Shown here: positions 12,901 through 25,200 of the stretch, one piece after another
How the letters are laid out: each line of letters begins with the position of its first letter
Numbering within the stretch: the stretch's first letter is position 1
Source: Haliotis cracherodii
Lineage: Eukaryota
Length of the DNA: 64,000 nt
Assembly: GCF_022045235.1 (NCBI RefSeq)
Contig: NW_027266297.1
Coordinates: forward strand, 23,312,001 to 23,376,000
Reading direction: 5' to 3'
The notes under the pieces: generated by a model
Seen by the model: the letters and a program-made list of their open reading frames with translations, nothing else
Database searches by the model: none
What the model was told of the DNA's origin: nothing
Position numbers and translations under genes: made by a program

Positions 12901-15900
12901 CTAAAAATCAAATCTAATCAATACGGAAATAGAAATCTTATCAATACAAAAACAGAATTTTTTATCAATACTGAGGCTCCTAATAGAGTGAGTGAGTTGG
13001 ACTAAACAGCTTTTACCAGTATTCCAGTTATATCCCGGTGTGTAAGCTTGGTGTTGGAGGAAAGCCCAAAGTGATGCAGGTCTCAAGACGTTTACCACTT
13101 TGTTGGGACCCATGCTCTCCATAGATATGTTCCCTACTCACACACGAGTCCCAAAGAGGGACAGGTCAGCCAAAATTGCTAAGGCAGAAGGCGACCTCTT
13201 AAACACTTAAGGCAACAACAACAAAGTCAGAGGATGAAACAAGGTCCTCCAACAGTGCTTGTTAAATCTTGAATATCATCAAGCTAGTTCAGGGTGTGTG
13301 GGACTGATAAACAGTACAGGCAATAAAGCTACCATACATTCTGGAACCGTTTCCTTGTTTTTAACTCTTACCACAGTCTGTAAATGTTCTCAAAAGAAGT
13401 TAAAGAGCACCCAATTCTTCATATGACTATAGTCATGACAGATTAACCATATGCATAAATCAGGTGTTCTTTAAGTTCTTTTGTAAGTAGATTCTCTGGT
13501 GATATTCTTTTGTTCTGAGTGTATATATCAGTCACAAAGTTTTATTTCATGTCTTAGATTTAGTTTTATGAGAAATCTATATCATTTGAAAGAAAATGGA
13601 AACTCAATTGCTCATGTTGTATCAGACATCTGTATGAAGACATGGCTGACATGGATATCAACTTCTTATCTCTTTCTGTATAAATAAATCCAGTCTTCAC
13701 TGCTATTACAGCAATGCCCCTCTCAAGACATAATAGGGTAAATGTCTCGCAATAAAGTGTCAGTTTCATTTTAATTGATAAAATAAGGGCATTGGGAAAT
13801 TGTTTTAATTAATACTTGATAAATTTATATGGTCAGGTCAGGTGAGTAAGTATGGTTTAAAGCCGCTTTAGGCAATATCGCAGCAATATCAGGGCAGGGG
13901 ACACAAGAAATAGGCTTTAAACATTGTTCCCATGTGGGGAATCGAACTCAGATCTTTGGCATAACAAGTAAACGCTGTAACCACAAGGCTACCCAACGGC
14001 CACTGGTTAGATCTACTTGTCTTTAGTGACAAATGCAACAGGGAATGATAGCTAGAGAATACTGGTGCAGAGCTCGTGACTGTGGTAAGCTTCCTTGCAC
14101 AGAGGAAGGCTGCTCCGATCACTGGAGTTCAGAAATATCAGTGGACGTATTGGGCATACATTTTCTGAATTGAAAATCTCTAATGTTTGAGCACGTTAGT
14201 ATGGTTTTACGCCACTTTTAGCAATATTCAAGCAATATCACGACGGGGGACACCAGAAATACGCTTCACACATTGTACCCATGTTGGGAATCGAACCCAG
14301 GTCTTTGGCGTGATGAGTGAACGCTTTAACCACAAGGCTACCCGACCGCCCCTCTCATGTTTGATAGTTTGTCTAAGTATTAGCAGCACAAATCCTTATG
14401 AGGCAAATGCATATAAACTTATTCACTTTTATCATATAAAGCTTTGATTCTTCCAATGTTTGATAGTTTGTCTAAGTATTAGCAGCACAAATCCTTATGA
14501 GGCAAATGCATATAAACTTATTCACTTTTATCATATAAAGCTTTGATTCTTCCAATGTTTGATAGTTTGTCTAAGTATTAGCAGCACAAATCCTTATGAG
14601 GCAAATGCATATAAACTTATTCACTTTTATCATATAAAGCTTTGATTCTTCCAATGTTTGATAGTTTGTCTAAGTATTAGCAGCACAAATCCTTATGAGG
14701 CAAATGCATATAAACTTATTCACTTTTATCATATAAAGCTTTGATTCTTCCAATGTAAGCTGTTGCTGTATCTTCGTCATCCTTGTCTTCTGATGACACA
14801 AATACAAAGTCCTTTTCAAGATATTCTTCTCCCTTAAGAAGGAAGCCTCTGAAACAAAAGAACATCATCTAGAGATATCACCATGGCAATCTGATCTTCA
14901 TATCCCACCACAAATGTTGAGCATAACAAAACAGAGGTGCAAACAGAAATATTGCCCGACATTAATATTTTTGTTTTCAGCTGTTTAACGCCGCATTAAG
15001 CAATTTTCCAACCATATGACAGTGGTCTGTAAATATACGAGTCTGGACAGACAATCCAGTGATTGACACCATGAGCATCGATCCACGCAATTGGGATCGC
15101 TGACATGCATCAACAAAGTCAGCAAACCTCACCACCCAATCCCGTTAGTCGCCCCTATGGACATATCTAGGGACCTATATGTATATGGGTCGAAAATTTA
15201 AACCCCATAAGTGATTTGGTTCAGTTGCCTGTGATTCCATCCTGTCAGAAATTGGTCATGCCCAGGATGGTTCTTTCTCCTTTTAAATCTGGTGTTTGCT
15301 GACTTGAATAAATGCCCTAGATAGGTAGGACTGGGATGAGTCCAAATTTATGACCCGAATACTCGACCCCCTATTCCCTAACCTACACAGTAGGGCTGGG
15401 ACGGGTGGGTACTGAGCAGGACCCAGGTACCAACAGGACTACCCGGACCCGTGGTTAGTCACGTGATATATCGTATATTGACAAAAACATATCTAAAACT
15501 CTATGGTCACACTACAAGCCAGTAATGTTCCCATTTCATTCTGACTATGCACGCATTCCTTCTGATTTGTATATGTTTGGAAAAAAGATAAAACTTCATG
15601 CAGTAAACATAAGTGCATATGCATGACCAGATCGTTTTATACGTGTATCTAAATTCATTTCAAATACAGTCAAACTTTTTCCCAATTTGCACAGTTTGTA
15701 CCTATCTCTTGAGAACTACATCAGGTACCCGGGTAGGGTCGGGTAATAAATAGGGGTAGGTACCCAGGTAGTAAATATGGACTCATACTTAGCATCCACT
15801 CAACCTGAGTTCCCCATCCCAGCCCTATAGATGGGCCATGTCACAGTCCCTTGGGTCTTTCCTTAAATATTTCTAGATCAATTAATATATAGGATAGTGC

Positions 15901-16344
15901 ATTTCTGATACTCGTGATATTAATTGATCTACACATATATATAAACGACACTAGTGCATGTGGCTATTTAATTAACATGTTAACTAATATTCTATCAATA
16001 TGATTATTAGTTACAACTTACATGCATATATTGTCCTGTCCTAACAAATTGTCTTCTATGAATATTTAAATTTTAGTATCTCTAAGTCCATCAAAAGGAT
16101 CACGGAAGATGAAATAAATGACAAACTTAAAGTTTGTTTCATGGGTTTTGACTCCCGTCATAATTAATACTCGTACTGATAATAGAGCATGTCGCTGACA
16201 TAGACTTTAACAAAAATGTTGTGTTACATAAAGTTCAAGCAACCTGTATCGATGATGTCGTTTATCATCAGTCAGAGGGCCTCTTCCGAGCCAAGATGCC
16301 TCATCAAGTTTTGGTCCACGGAAATATCTCCGCTCAGAAGGCAT
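991..16344 (-). CDS. ORC1: Origin recognition complex subunit 1 (BAH domain, disordered linker, AAA+ ATPase, start of winged helix); 3'-partial, last exon(s) left of the window
   Basis: GT-AG exons with consistent phases, in transcript order: 16244-16344 ([15 protein letters not shown]), 14724-14848 ([19 protein letters not shown]), 11845-12023 (VWYWR..REVFL), 10545-10893, 8979-9672, 7066-7282, 6182-6279 (LEEARAR), 5266-5367 ([13 protein letters not shown]), 4204-4375 (Walker [14 protein letters not shown]), 3872-3979 (Walker B VLLVDE), 3088-3237 ([15 protein letters not shown]), 1915-2204 ([13 protein letters not shown]), 991-1115. About 903 codons in the window. Confidence 0.96.
2674..3073. 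mobile_element. hAT-type MITE
   Basis: TIR TAGGGCTGGGACG..CGTCCCAGCCCTA; 8-bp TSD ATCCGTGC/ATCAGTGC. Confidence 0.85.
5673..6116. repeat. 35-bp minisatellite (~12.5 copies) in an ORC1 intron
   Basis: Unit CCCAACTGCACAGGTTCCTGTGGGCACAATATTTA; source of the repetitive ORFs at 5500-6216. Confidence 0.95.
14357..14756. repeat. 4 identical 99-bp tandem copies spanning the ORC1 exon 2 / intron 2 boundary
   Basis: Units start at 14357, 14456, 14555 and 14654; each holds the exon's last 33 nt and the GTGAAT donor (minus strand). Confidence 0.95.
15326..15827. mobile_element. Same hAT MITE family, containing an inverted inner copy
   Basis: Outer TIRs with 8-bp TSD TAGATAGG/TAGATGGG; inner reverse-oriented copy ~15391-15790. 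Confidence 0.75.
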
Positions 16345-16394
16345 CTTGAAATCAACAAGCTTTCAGAGGAACATGCTGTGTTGTTGTCATTCTC

Positions 16395-16420
16395 GCAGCG
16401 CCCCCTAGTTTCGCGCCAAA
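16395..16420 (-). promoter_or_regulatory. ORC1 promoter: overlapping E2F site TTTCGCGCCAAA (16409-16420) abutting a CTCF-like motif (CTAGGGGGCGCTGC on minus)
   Basis: Exact DHFR-type double E2F consensus 65 bp upstream of the ORC1 ATG; ORC1 is a known E2F target. Confidence 0.7.
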
Positions 16421-17039
16421 CTGAACGCGCTATAGACCGTTTCAAAACTTTGGGTATGACGTGTTGTTTTTGTGTCGATCTTAACTCATCAGATTAATGA
16501 AATGAATAAAACATTATACCCTCAAAATCGAAATTCGTTTTTCAAACAGAAAGATTTATTTTTCCTGTGGTAGCCATGAGGATCTGTGAGCAGCTAGGTT
16601 GCTTAGTATATATGTATTTGCTGAGTGCGGCGTTAAACAACAAACAGCAACCGGGCACGGACAAGTTATCAGTTTTGTTTATCTTACGTGTAATATTAGA
16701 CTTATATAAACACGTGTAATATTAGACTTCTATTACCTCGATCAATAGTTATACTAAATTACACTCAGCTATACCAACTCACCCAACATCTCCAATGTGT
16801 ATCATCATACTCCACATGTACGGTACCAGTTCGATGATGATGCTATCAGAGGTTTTACGAGTGCTTCCGGTGGAACCCATTTCCCACGATAGTCAACTCT
16901 AACAGTAAGTGAGTGAGAAGGGTTTTATGAATATTCCAGCAATATCAAGGCTTCACACATTTTACCCATGTGGGGAATCGAATCCAGTCGGTGTGACGAG
17001 CAAACGCTTTGATATAGGCTACCCCACCGCCCCTCTAAC

Positions 17040-17868
17040 ATGCAGTAGTGCCACAGCTACGGAGGCTGCAGGGCGCATCCCTGGTTTGAGGAGCATATTG
17101 GACCATGGCAGACTGTTAGGAACCATCTTCGCGAAGCTGGAATCCGACCTAGGAGACCAGTTATCGTCCCTGTTTTGCGACAGATCCATCGACAGCGACG
17201 CTTGCGTTGGTGCCATACCTTACAGCCTTGGAATTTGAGAAACTGGATTTCCTACACCACGAGATCTGACTTGCTTGTGGTTCAGGGAAATTTGACAGCA
17301 AATCGCTACATGAATCAAATTCTTCTTCTCACCTTCTTCCAATCATTGACCGCCAGAGGGAGCTGTTTCAATAGGACAACGCTCCACCGCACACAGCTCG
17401 TGTCACGGTAAACTACCTCCATAATGCCAACATCAACGCCTTGCCCTGGCCGTCGAGATCTCCAGATCTCAACCCAATCGAACACCTCTGGGGTGAACTC
17501 GATCGACGTGTACGTCAACGTCAGAAGACGCCACAGACACTCCCACAACTGGCCAACGCGTTACAAACAGAATGGCGCAGAATTCCGAAGGGCAGAATTC
17601 GTACACTTATCCGGTCAGTGCCGAGGAGATGATTGCTGCCCGGTGTGGTCACAGCGCAGCACAGCGAGTTCAGCGCAACCTTGTGGCTTTATGTGACATG
17701 ACAATGAACAGTTTTCAATGCCTTTGGTCCACGGCAACATGTGACTATCAAGCTCCAAAATTTCATATTTGTGTCTATGATATTAAATTAAATATATCGA
17801 CTTTATTAGGTATAATAAATTTACTAAATATCTACCTGTGCGTTCCTTTTTTGTTTGTTGAAGAGTAT
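17040..17868 (+). mobile_element. Decayed Tc1/mariner transposon (transposase C-terminus and right TIR)
   Basis: Peptide WPSRSPDLNPIEHLWGELDRRV..W..I..LIRSVPRR (17441-17632) is the Tc1 DDE C-terminal signature. Upstream parts are frameshifted or deleted. Ends in ..TTGAAGAGTATA. Confidence 0.9.
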
Positions 17869-19189
17869 ATATAGTCAAGAAATTATGATCTTAACTAATA
17901 ATTATTGCCTCAGAGTCTTGTTCAAATCTAGGTCCAGCATATGCACTACCTAATACTAATAATACTTCTGACAACAATCAAGCAAGTTCTAATTAAATAA
18001 TGTATGTCAATATATGAGACAAGTGGAGTTAATGACATGTTGATCCTGAAAAATTCAAAAGATTTTCTTGAAGTTATAGTTTCTTTGTTGTTTAACGCCG
18101 CACTCAGCAATATTCCAGCTATATGACGGCGGTCTGTAAATAATCGAGTCTGGACCAGACAATCCAGTGATTGACATCATAAGCATCGATCCACGCAATT
18201 GGGATCGATGACGTGTATCAACCAAGTCAGCCAGCCTGACCACCCGATCCCGTTAGTCGCCTTTTACGACAAGCATAGTCGCCTTTTACGGCAAGTATGG
18301 GTTGCTGAAGACCTATTCTTTGCATGCGAGTTTAGATTTTTTCACTGCTTAAGTTCAACCTCAGTTTCATCATCTCTTTCATCAATACCAGGATCTCACC
18401 CTTGTGGTTTTATTCTCTCTTTTTTTTTCTTCAAATATTAGTATGTCAATACGAGTCGATAAAAGTTCAAAACTCCATTTTATATCTGGAATATGGCAGA
18501 CTGGCGTTTCACTCAACAAGCAAAAATAAAAAATACCGGTACACAGAATAAAAGCGTTTTCATTCCATTTTCAAATTCAAATGTTTTCTTGTAAATATGT
18601 TTTAAGTATTTTACACCTTGTTTTATGGTATTCTACCATTCATTCCATTTCAAATTCAAATGTTTTCTTGTAAATAGAATGTTTAAGTATTTTACGGACA
18701 ACTTGGTATTCTACGGTATTACTAAAGTTTCCATCATCGTGAAATGATCATTGCTTCCGAATTAGGTTTGTGCGACGTACATACGTCTTTGTTGCGATAA
18801 ACGCCGCATGCAGATATTCACGCCAACCTCCTCAGTGTAAGATGGATTAGTTTTGGGTGCCGGTGGTCTAAAGCCCGTACTTTGATAGTATAACATGTAG
18901 TGTTGATATATGAGGCATGTATATGTGTTGGTATGAGTATTTTTTAAATGTTATTTTTTATTAATCTACGGTTTGTGATATCTTCCTGACATCTTACTTT
19001 CCTCTGTGGCAGATTTTTATCAATATAACTATTCTCGTCACAACATGACTCAAATATTGCTGATGTGATGTTAAATAATAACTCACTCATATACAATCAC
19101 TATATCGCCTTCACGGCTTTCTGGGCGTCATCGACTTGCGCATCGAAGCAGGTTTATGATATCAAGAGACGGGACCCAGCCTAATACAA

Positions 19190-19203
19190 CCGGAACCGGA
19201 AGC
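19190..19203 (+). promoter_or_regulatory. Tandem ETS/GABP-type motif CCGGAACCGGAAG in the PRPF38A promoter
   Basis: About 30 bp upstream of the ATG in a CpG-containing stretch; typical of housekeeping promoters. Confidence 0.5.
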
Positions 19204-19228
19204 GTACTGCTCGTTCATTTGAAACAAC

Positions 19229-22200
19229 ATGGCGAATCGCACAGTGAAAGATGCTCATTCTATCAAAGGAACGAATCCTCAGTACTTGGTTGAGAAAATC
19301 ATACGCACACGTATCTACGAATGTAGATATTGGAAGGAAGAATGCTTCGCTCTTACAGGTGCCTCATATGTTTTTCACTTTCTAGAGACTATTAAATCAA
19401 ACATGCAAACATACCTTCTCGTCACCTGTTTTCGTGGCAACAGTGTAACATGCTATAACGCGCAGTGGAAACACTTTAGAGCGGCATGTGCTAATTTTTA
19501 TGGACGCTACATTTGTCGTGTTAATGGACAGATGATAAATTGGAAATAGTTTAAGTGATCATGATTATAAATGTTGAAGACGTGAACCGAAAATGTTAAC
19601 TGTATGGACCGAATGTACAGTACAATAATATAAATGACCACATCATTACTTCTTTGATTGACATTCTAGAAGTTGTTGAATAAGTACGAAAACTGGAATA
19701 CTTTATCGATAAAAACTTCTGGTTTATTACAATAACCCAGAAGTTGTTATCCATAAAGTTGTACGTTTTCTAAACTAGCACATGATTGTTTTGATGTGTG
19801 GTCATGCATCTTAATCCGGTGTTAATCACTAAGTAGACGAGCAATTAATTTGGTGTCATAGTGGCCATGGTTTTGACTTTGGCTCTGGAGGTGAAATGGG
19901 GTTTAACGTCGCATCCAAGATTATTGCACTTATATAGCGACGTGCATGTATGAGTGTGTGTGGCTGCTTGTACTACTGCGGACTCATGCCGATTTATAGT
20001 GCTAGCTCACTGAGATACCATGCCACAGTTTAACATGAATACCCCACTCAGACACGGTATACTGACTCGAACTGACCAGTCCTTGTTTTAGCCCCTTAAT
20101 GCCGAGCGCCAGACAGGGTAATAACAAGTACCATCTTTTTGGTATGACGCGGCCGGGGATCAAACCCCGGACATCTGCTCTTTGGGCGGACGCTCAACCT
20201 TGAGACCAAGGAGGCGGTCGCTTTTGCTCTGGAAAAAGGAAACATCGTTGTGTGCTGTTTTCAAGCTGTTTCATTGGTGATTTCGCCAAATATGTTACAG
20301 GAGAGAAGTTGGTCCAGTTAGCATGATTAGGGGTTGTTCTGAACCTGTTCAAGTCACCACCACACTTATCCTCTACCAACATAAGGCTAATTAAAGTCAA
20401 CAAAACAGAACAGTGTAAAAAAAGTTTACTACACAAGTGTCTGTCAGATACAATTTATCTTATGATTTTTTTCAAAATGTATAGAACAAGCAAAAGTGAG
20501 TTATGTGTATTAAAACAAGTTGTAAGATAAATCATATATTACAGGCATGAATCGATGAATATATTGTCTATTCTCATGAATAGTAGTAGCACTTTAATAC
20601 ATAGCACAATGGTCATGAGTGATGTCATCCGGCTTCCTGCTTAGTACTTATGCCAAGTGTGACCCTCCACAAAAACGTTTCAGTCATATCTGTTGATGAT
20701 AATGAAAACTAAATAAGATCAAAGAACACTTATCAAACACTCTAAAAAACTATTTATAAAATGTTTCAAAACAGATGTAGGTAAAGTCTACTGATGCACT
20801 TGAGGCTTATAATGAATTACATTCAGGAAAGTAGTCTGTCATTATATGACCTTATGTCCTCACCACGGAGTAGCCAATGACAGACCTGGAGGGAAGGTAG
20901 GGTAGCCTTGTGGTTAAAAAAAAGTGTTTGTTCATAAACCTGAAGACCTGGGTTCGCTCTTCACATAGGTACAATGTGTGAAGCCTATTTCTGGTGTTCC
21001 CCACGATGATATTGCTGGAATATTGCTAAAAGCTGTGAAAAACAATACACAAGTGTTTGATACCTGTTATCTCAATGGGCTTTCTAAGATAGTGCTGTAC
21101 TCCCTCAATATGTGTTGTGCTTGCCTCACTGCTGGTGACTGTTTACCCTGGTAGTTGACATGTAAGGGCAAATGTCCATTCTTTATTGTAGGAGTATCAT
21201 TGTCAAGAAAATGAAAATACCCTACGTCTCATTTTAACTAAAATGCAAGTATTTCTGTACATTTTCAGCTGCCTTAATGGTGGACAAAGCCATGGAACTG
21301 AGGTATGTTGGAGGCATCTATGGGGGGAACATCAAGCCCACACCATTCCTATGTCTGGTGCTGAAGATGCTGCAGATCCAACCTGAAAAGGACATTATTG
21401 TGGAATTCATCAGAAATGAAGATTTCAAGTAAGCCACCTGATTATGAGAGTAATTTCCATTTGTATTCATTTAGATATACCATGAATACTCACCATGCTA
21501 ACTCACCATTGTAATCATCCCTGAAGACTGGGTATCACAGGGGGCACAGTGGCCCAGTCGTCTAAGGCGCGGCGATTCTCTGTGCAGAGTTGCATCTCTT
21601 AGGCACGCCAGAAACCTATGATAGTGTGTTCAAATCCCCGTTCGCCCCAATTATGTTTCTAGGTTTGTCAGCACCATACCTGTGCTTGTGGGTTTCACCG
21701 AAGTAAACGTCTGAGATTTACATCACTTCGGGCTATCCTCCCACAATAAGCTGACATGCCGTAATATAACTGGAATATAGGTTAAAGGCGGCGTTAAACC
21801 CAACTCACTAATGGGTATCCCAACACTTCTACTATCGGTAGCACTATTTGAATAAGAGAAGTTTACTGCTTGGACTAAATGTTAGTCTACTCTTACAGTT
21901 GACCATCTTCCTGAGCCCACTAGTGTCTACTAGCCTATATCTAAGCCTAGTTTCTACCCTTGCCACATCAAGGCCACTTTTCTTAGCTTAACCCTGGCGG
22001 CACCTCACGTAGATCACGAGTTGTGCCACTTGTGATGAAAACGTGATATCCAATCTGATCGCTGTTCTTATCTTGTATGGTTTCACCAAAATATCGACGA
22101 CCATAGGCGACGACCTCGTTGATCAGACAATGAAAACATTCGCAATTTCATCCCTGACAGAAAAATATAGGCAATCTTTGGGGGGTTTAAAAGATGAAAA

Positions 22201-25200
22201 AGACGTATTCGTGTCAACAAAGACAGGCTGTGATAAACGCGGTAAATCACGGAGGTGTACAGTCGTGGATGTTGATTTTGTGAAACGTTCACTGATTGGA
22301 CTAATGATATGTGCGATAGTCCAATCATATTGAGCGAAGGAAAGTGGGCTGGATGTGGAAAGGATGGAAACAAGATTTTGAAAAAAATGCTACGGGATGC
22401 TCTGACTGGCTGGCTGGCAGTGAAATAGATCCCCACCTCTGTCGAGTGATGATTCTCTAACCATGAGCCAAGTCCAGTTGCCTTGAACTTTTAACCAGTT
22501 GTGATGTATGATCACTGATGTCTCCACTTTCAAGAGTATAATATGAATTTATCGTAACCTCAGCATAAATCATGATATACAGCAGAATTATTTCACTTAC
22601 AGTTCTGACCTCATTGCCAATGATATGATTTAAACTCGTTGTGTTTATGATGTAACACTCTAATGTATGAAATACAAAAAATAAGAGTTGCAGAGTTCAA
22701 GATTCAATGTTTCAACCTCTATAGGAAATAATACAAGTTGCAGCAGGATCACAAGGGGTAAATGGGGTTTTATGCATTCCACATTGGGTTTTATACCACA
22801 GGCCGAACATCCATTGACCTAGGAAAAGTGTGCGACTTTTTGCTTTGAAGTGGAGTATAAGGGATTTTTTCTGCCTCTCAGAAATCCACATGCAGCCTGA
22901 CTAGCTCATGGTGGGTTATAAGAGATTTATTCCCCTGCTGAGGAATTTATTCCCCTTCAAGGTGGGATACACTATAAGTTGTAGGAGGAGGGGTATCATG
23001 AGGTTTAATGCGTCCTGAGTCAGGAGCCTCTGGCTCATGGTATAAAACCTAATTAGGTACACATAAGACTCCATGTACCCTGAGTGATCCTGCTACAACA
23101 ATTTCTCTCACCAACATGTTTTATTATGACATTGTAAAAGAATTTGAACAAATTCATAATTGATAAAACTATGTGACGTGACTTCCATTGACTTGGGAAA
23201 AGCGTGCAGCTTTTTGCTTTGAAGCGGAGTATAAGGGATTTGTTCTGCCTCTCAGAAATGCATGTGCAGCCTTAATTGCTCGTGGCACGGTGTAAGGGAT
23301 TTATTCAGCCGCTGAGAAATTTGTTCCCCTCCAAGGCGGGATACATGGTATTTTATCAAGATCACATGGACCAAACAGATCTCATCATTCTGACATGGAG
23401 GTATGACAATACATTGTATTCAGAGCCTTCTGTCATTGCTTGACAGTGCCTATCCATGTGTGTTGTAGGTATGTTCGAGCTCTGGGCGCCACCTATATGA
23501 GACTTGTCGGGACATCGCTAGACTGCTACAAGTATCTGGAGCCACTCTACTATGACTATCGGAAACTACGGAACATGAACAGATCTGGAGGTGAGTACAC
23601 ATGGACAAGCATATGCCATCTATTGTTTGACTGGTCATGTGTTCAGGCCCAGAGTGGAGTGAACATGGTGAAAGTTCCAAAATTAGAAAAAGAAAATAGA
23701 AATTCAGTTTCTTTTTCTCAATTTTTCGTAGAGTTTCAGATATGTGAAAGTGACTTGTATTTCGCTTATGACGGAACTTATGTTTTATTTATGATTTGCT
23801 AGCTATTGCCATATGTTCGGGGGTGGGGGTGGGGGGGTTTGGATACGCAGAGAGTAACTATCACATGTATCAAGCATTTTTACTGTGCCGCTTGCCCTTT
23901 TGTTTGTGTCTGCATATGACTGTCTTTTTTTCAGAATTTGAAGTGATGCACATGGATGAATTTATTGATGAATTATTGCGAGAAGAAAGACTCTTTGATA
24001 TCATCCTTCCAAGAATACAGGTAACAGTTCATGTACATACACATCCTCATGCAAGGTGAACATAATAGTTGTTTTACTGTTAGGATGGTTTCAGTCTGTG
24101 CTGCAGCTGAGTATTTATTTTCAGGATATATACTTATACTTTTTCGACAGACATCTGGCATTGCCAGATTACAGAAGATACTTTTGACATCTATGGGTGA
24201 TCGTCTTACTGTCCTAGCTGTGCTGGTTGTTATACCGTCCTTCAAGGTTTTTTAATATCATATGCAGTCAAACATTGTTAGGTTGAAGGTAAAGGTACCA
24301 TGTAAATACTTTGCGTTAGCCGAGGTTAGACACAACCCAAAACTGATGAATAAGTAAGGAATATGCAGGGACCAAGTTTTTACTTCGAGACAAACATAAG
24401 TTTGACACATCAAAGTTTGACACAACAGTGTTTGACTGTAAATGCATTGCTGTTCAAGTCACAATATGGCTGAAATATTGCCAGTGTCACAAATATAAAG
24501 TCACTCATTCACTCTTGTCTGTGGGGGGCGGTGGGGTAGTTCTTAAAGCAGTCGCTCGTCACACCGAAGACCTGGTCTTGATTCCCAACATTGGTACTAT
24601 GTGTGAAACCCATTTCTGGTATTGCTGGAATATTGCTAAAAGCAGTGTAAAGTCCTGCTCACTCAGGGACTCACTCCTGGGGGGCGGTCGGGTAGCATAG
24701 TGGTTAAAACATTCACTCGTCATTACAAAGACCCTGGGTATAATGTTTGAAGCCCATTTCTGGTGTGTCTCGCCGTGATATTGCTGGAATATTGTTAAAA
24801 GCGGCGTAAAACCATACTCACTCACTCACTCACTCACTCACTCACAAACACTCCTGGTTGTGATGGTAAAAATATTTTATTCATAGCTGAAAACAAGAAT
24901 GCTGACATGATTGTGACATGATACATCAAATTGAGTGTACAATGTGTAGGTTTGTATTTATAAAGAAAGACATTGTAGTCATTCAGTCATTCTGAATTTG
25001 AAATATGTTTGTGAAATTAATTATTTATTTGATTTACACTTATCAACATGATCAAGCACCTAACACATTTTAATGTCTTCAAGCATTCAAGAAAATATTT
25101 TTTTTTATGTGTGTTCCTTTCTTCCTTTGCCATGTTTACCATGTTTACTTGATAACGTATGATGTCAATCACTGGATGTATGGTCTCAACTCGATTATTT

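Noticed and set aside
16685-16890. Alternative first ORC1 coding exon ending at TATTACAC|GTAAG
   Set aside because: There is an in-frame TAA. The 16244-16344 exon has the right phase and resembles the known ORC1 N-terminus.
18055-18441. Recurrent ORFs such as [30 protein letters not shown] / [17 protein letters not shown]
   Set aside because: Translations of family C copies. Frames are broken inconsistently between copies and show no domain signature.
22043-22436. Overlapping 96-aa and 117-aa ORFs in PRPF38A intron 2
   Set aside because: Possibly a decayed transposon-borne helicase-like fragment (KDVFVSTKTGCDK), but too degenerate to call.
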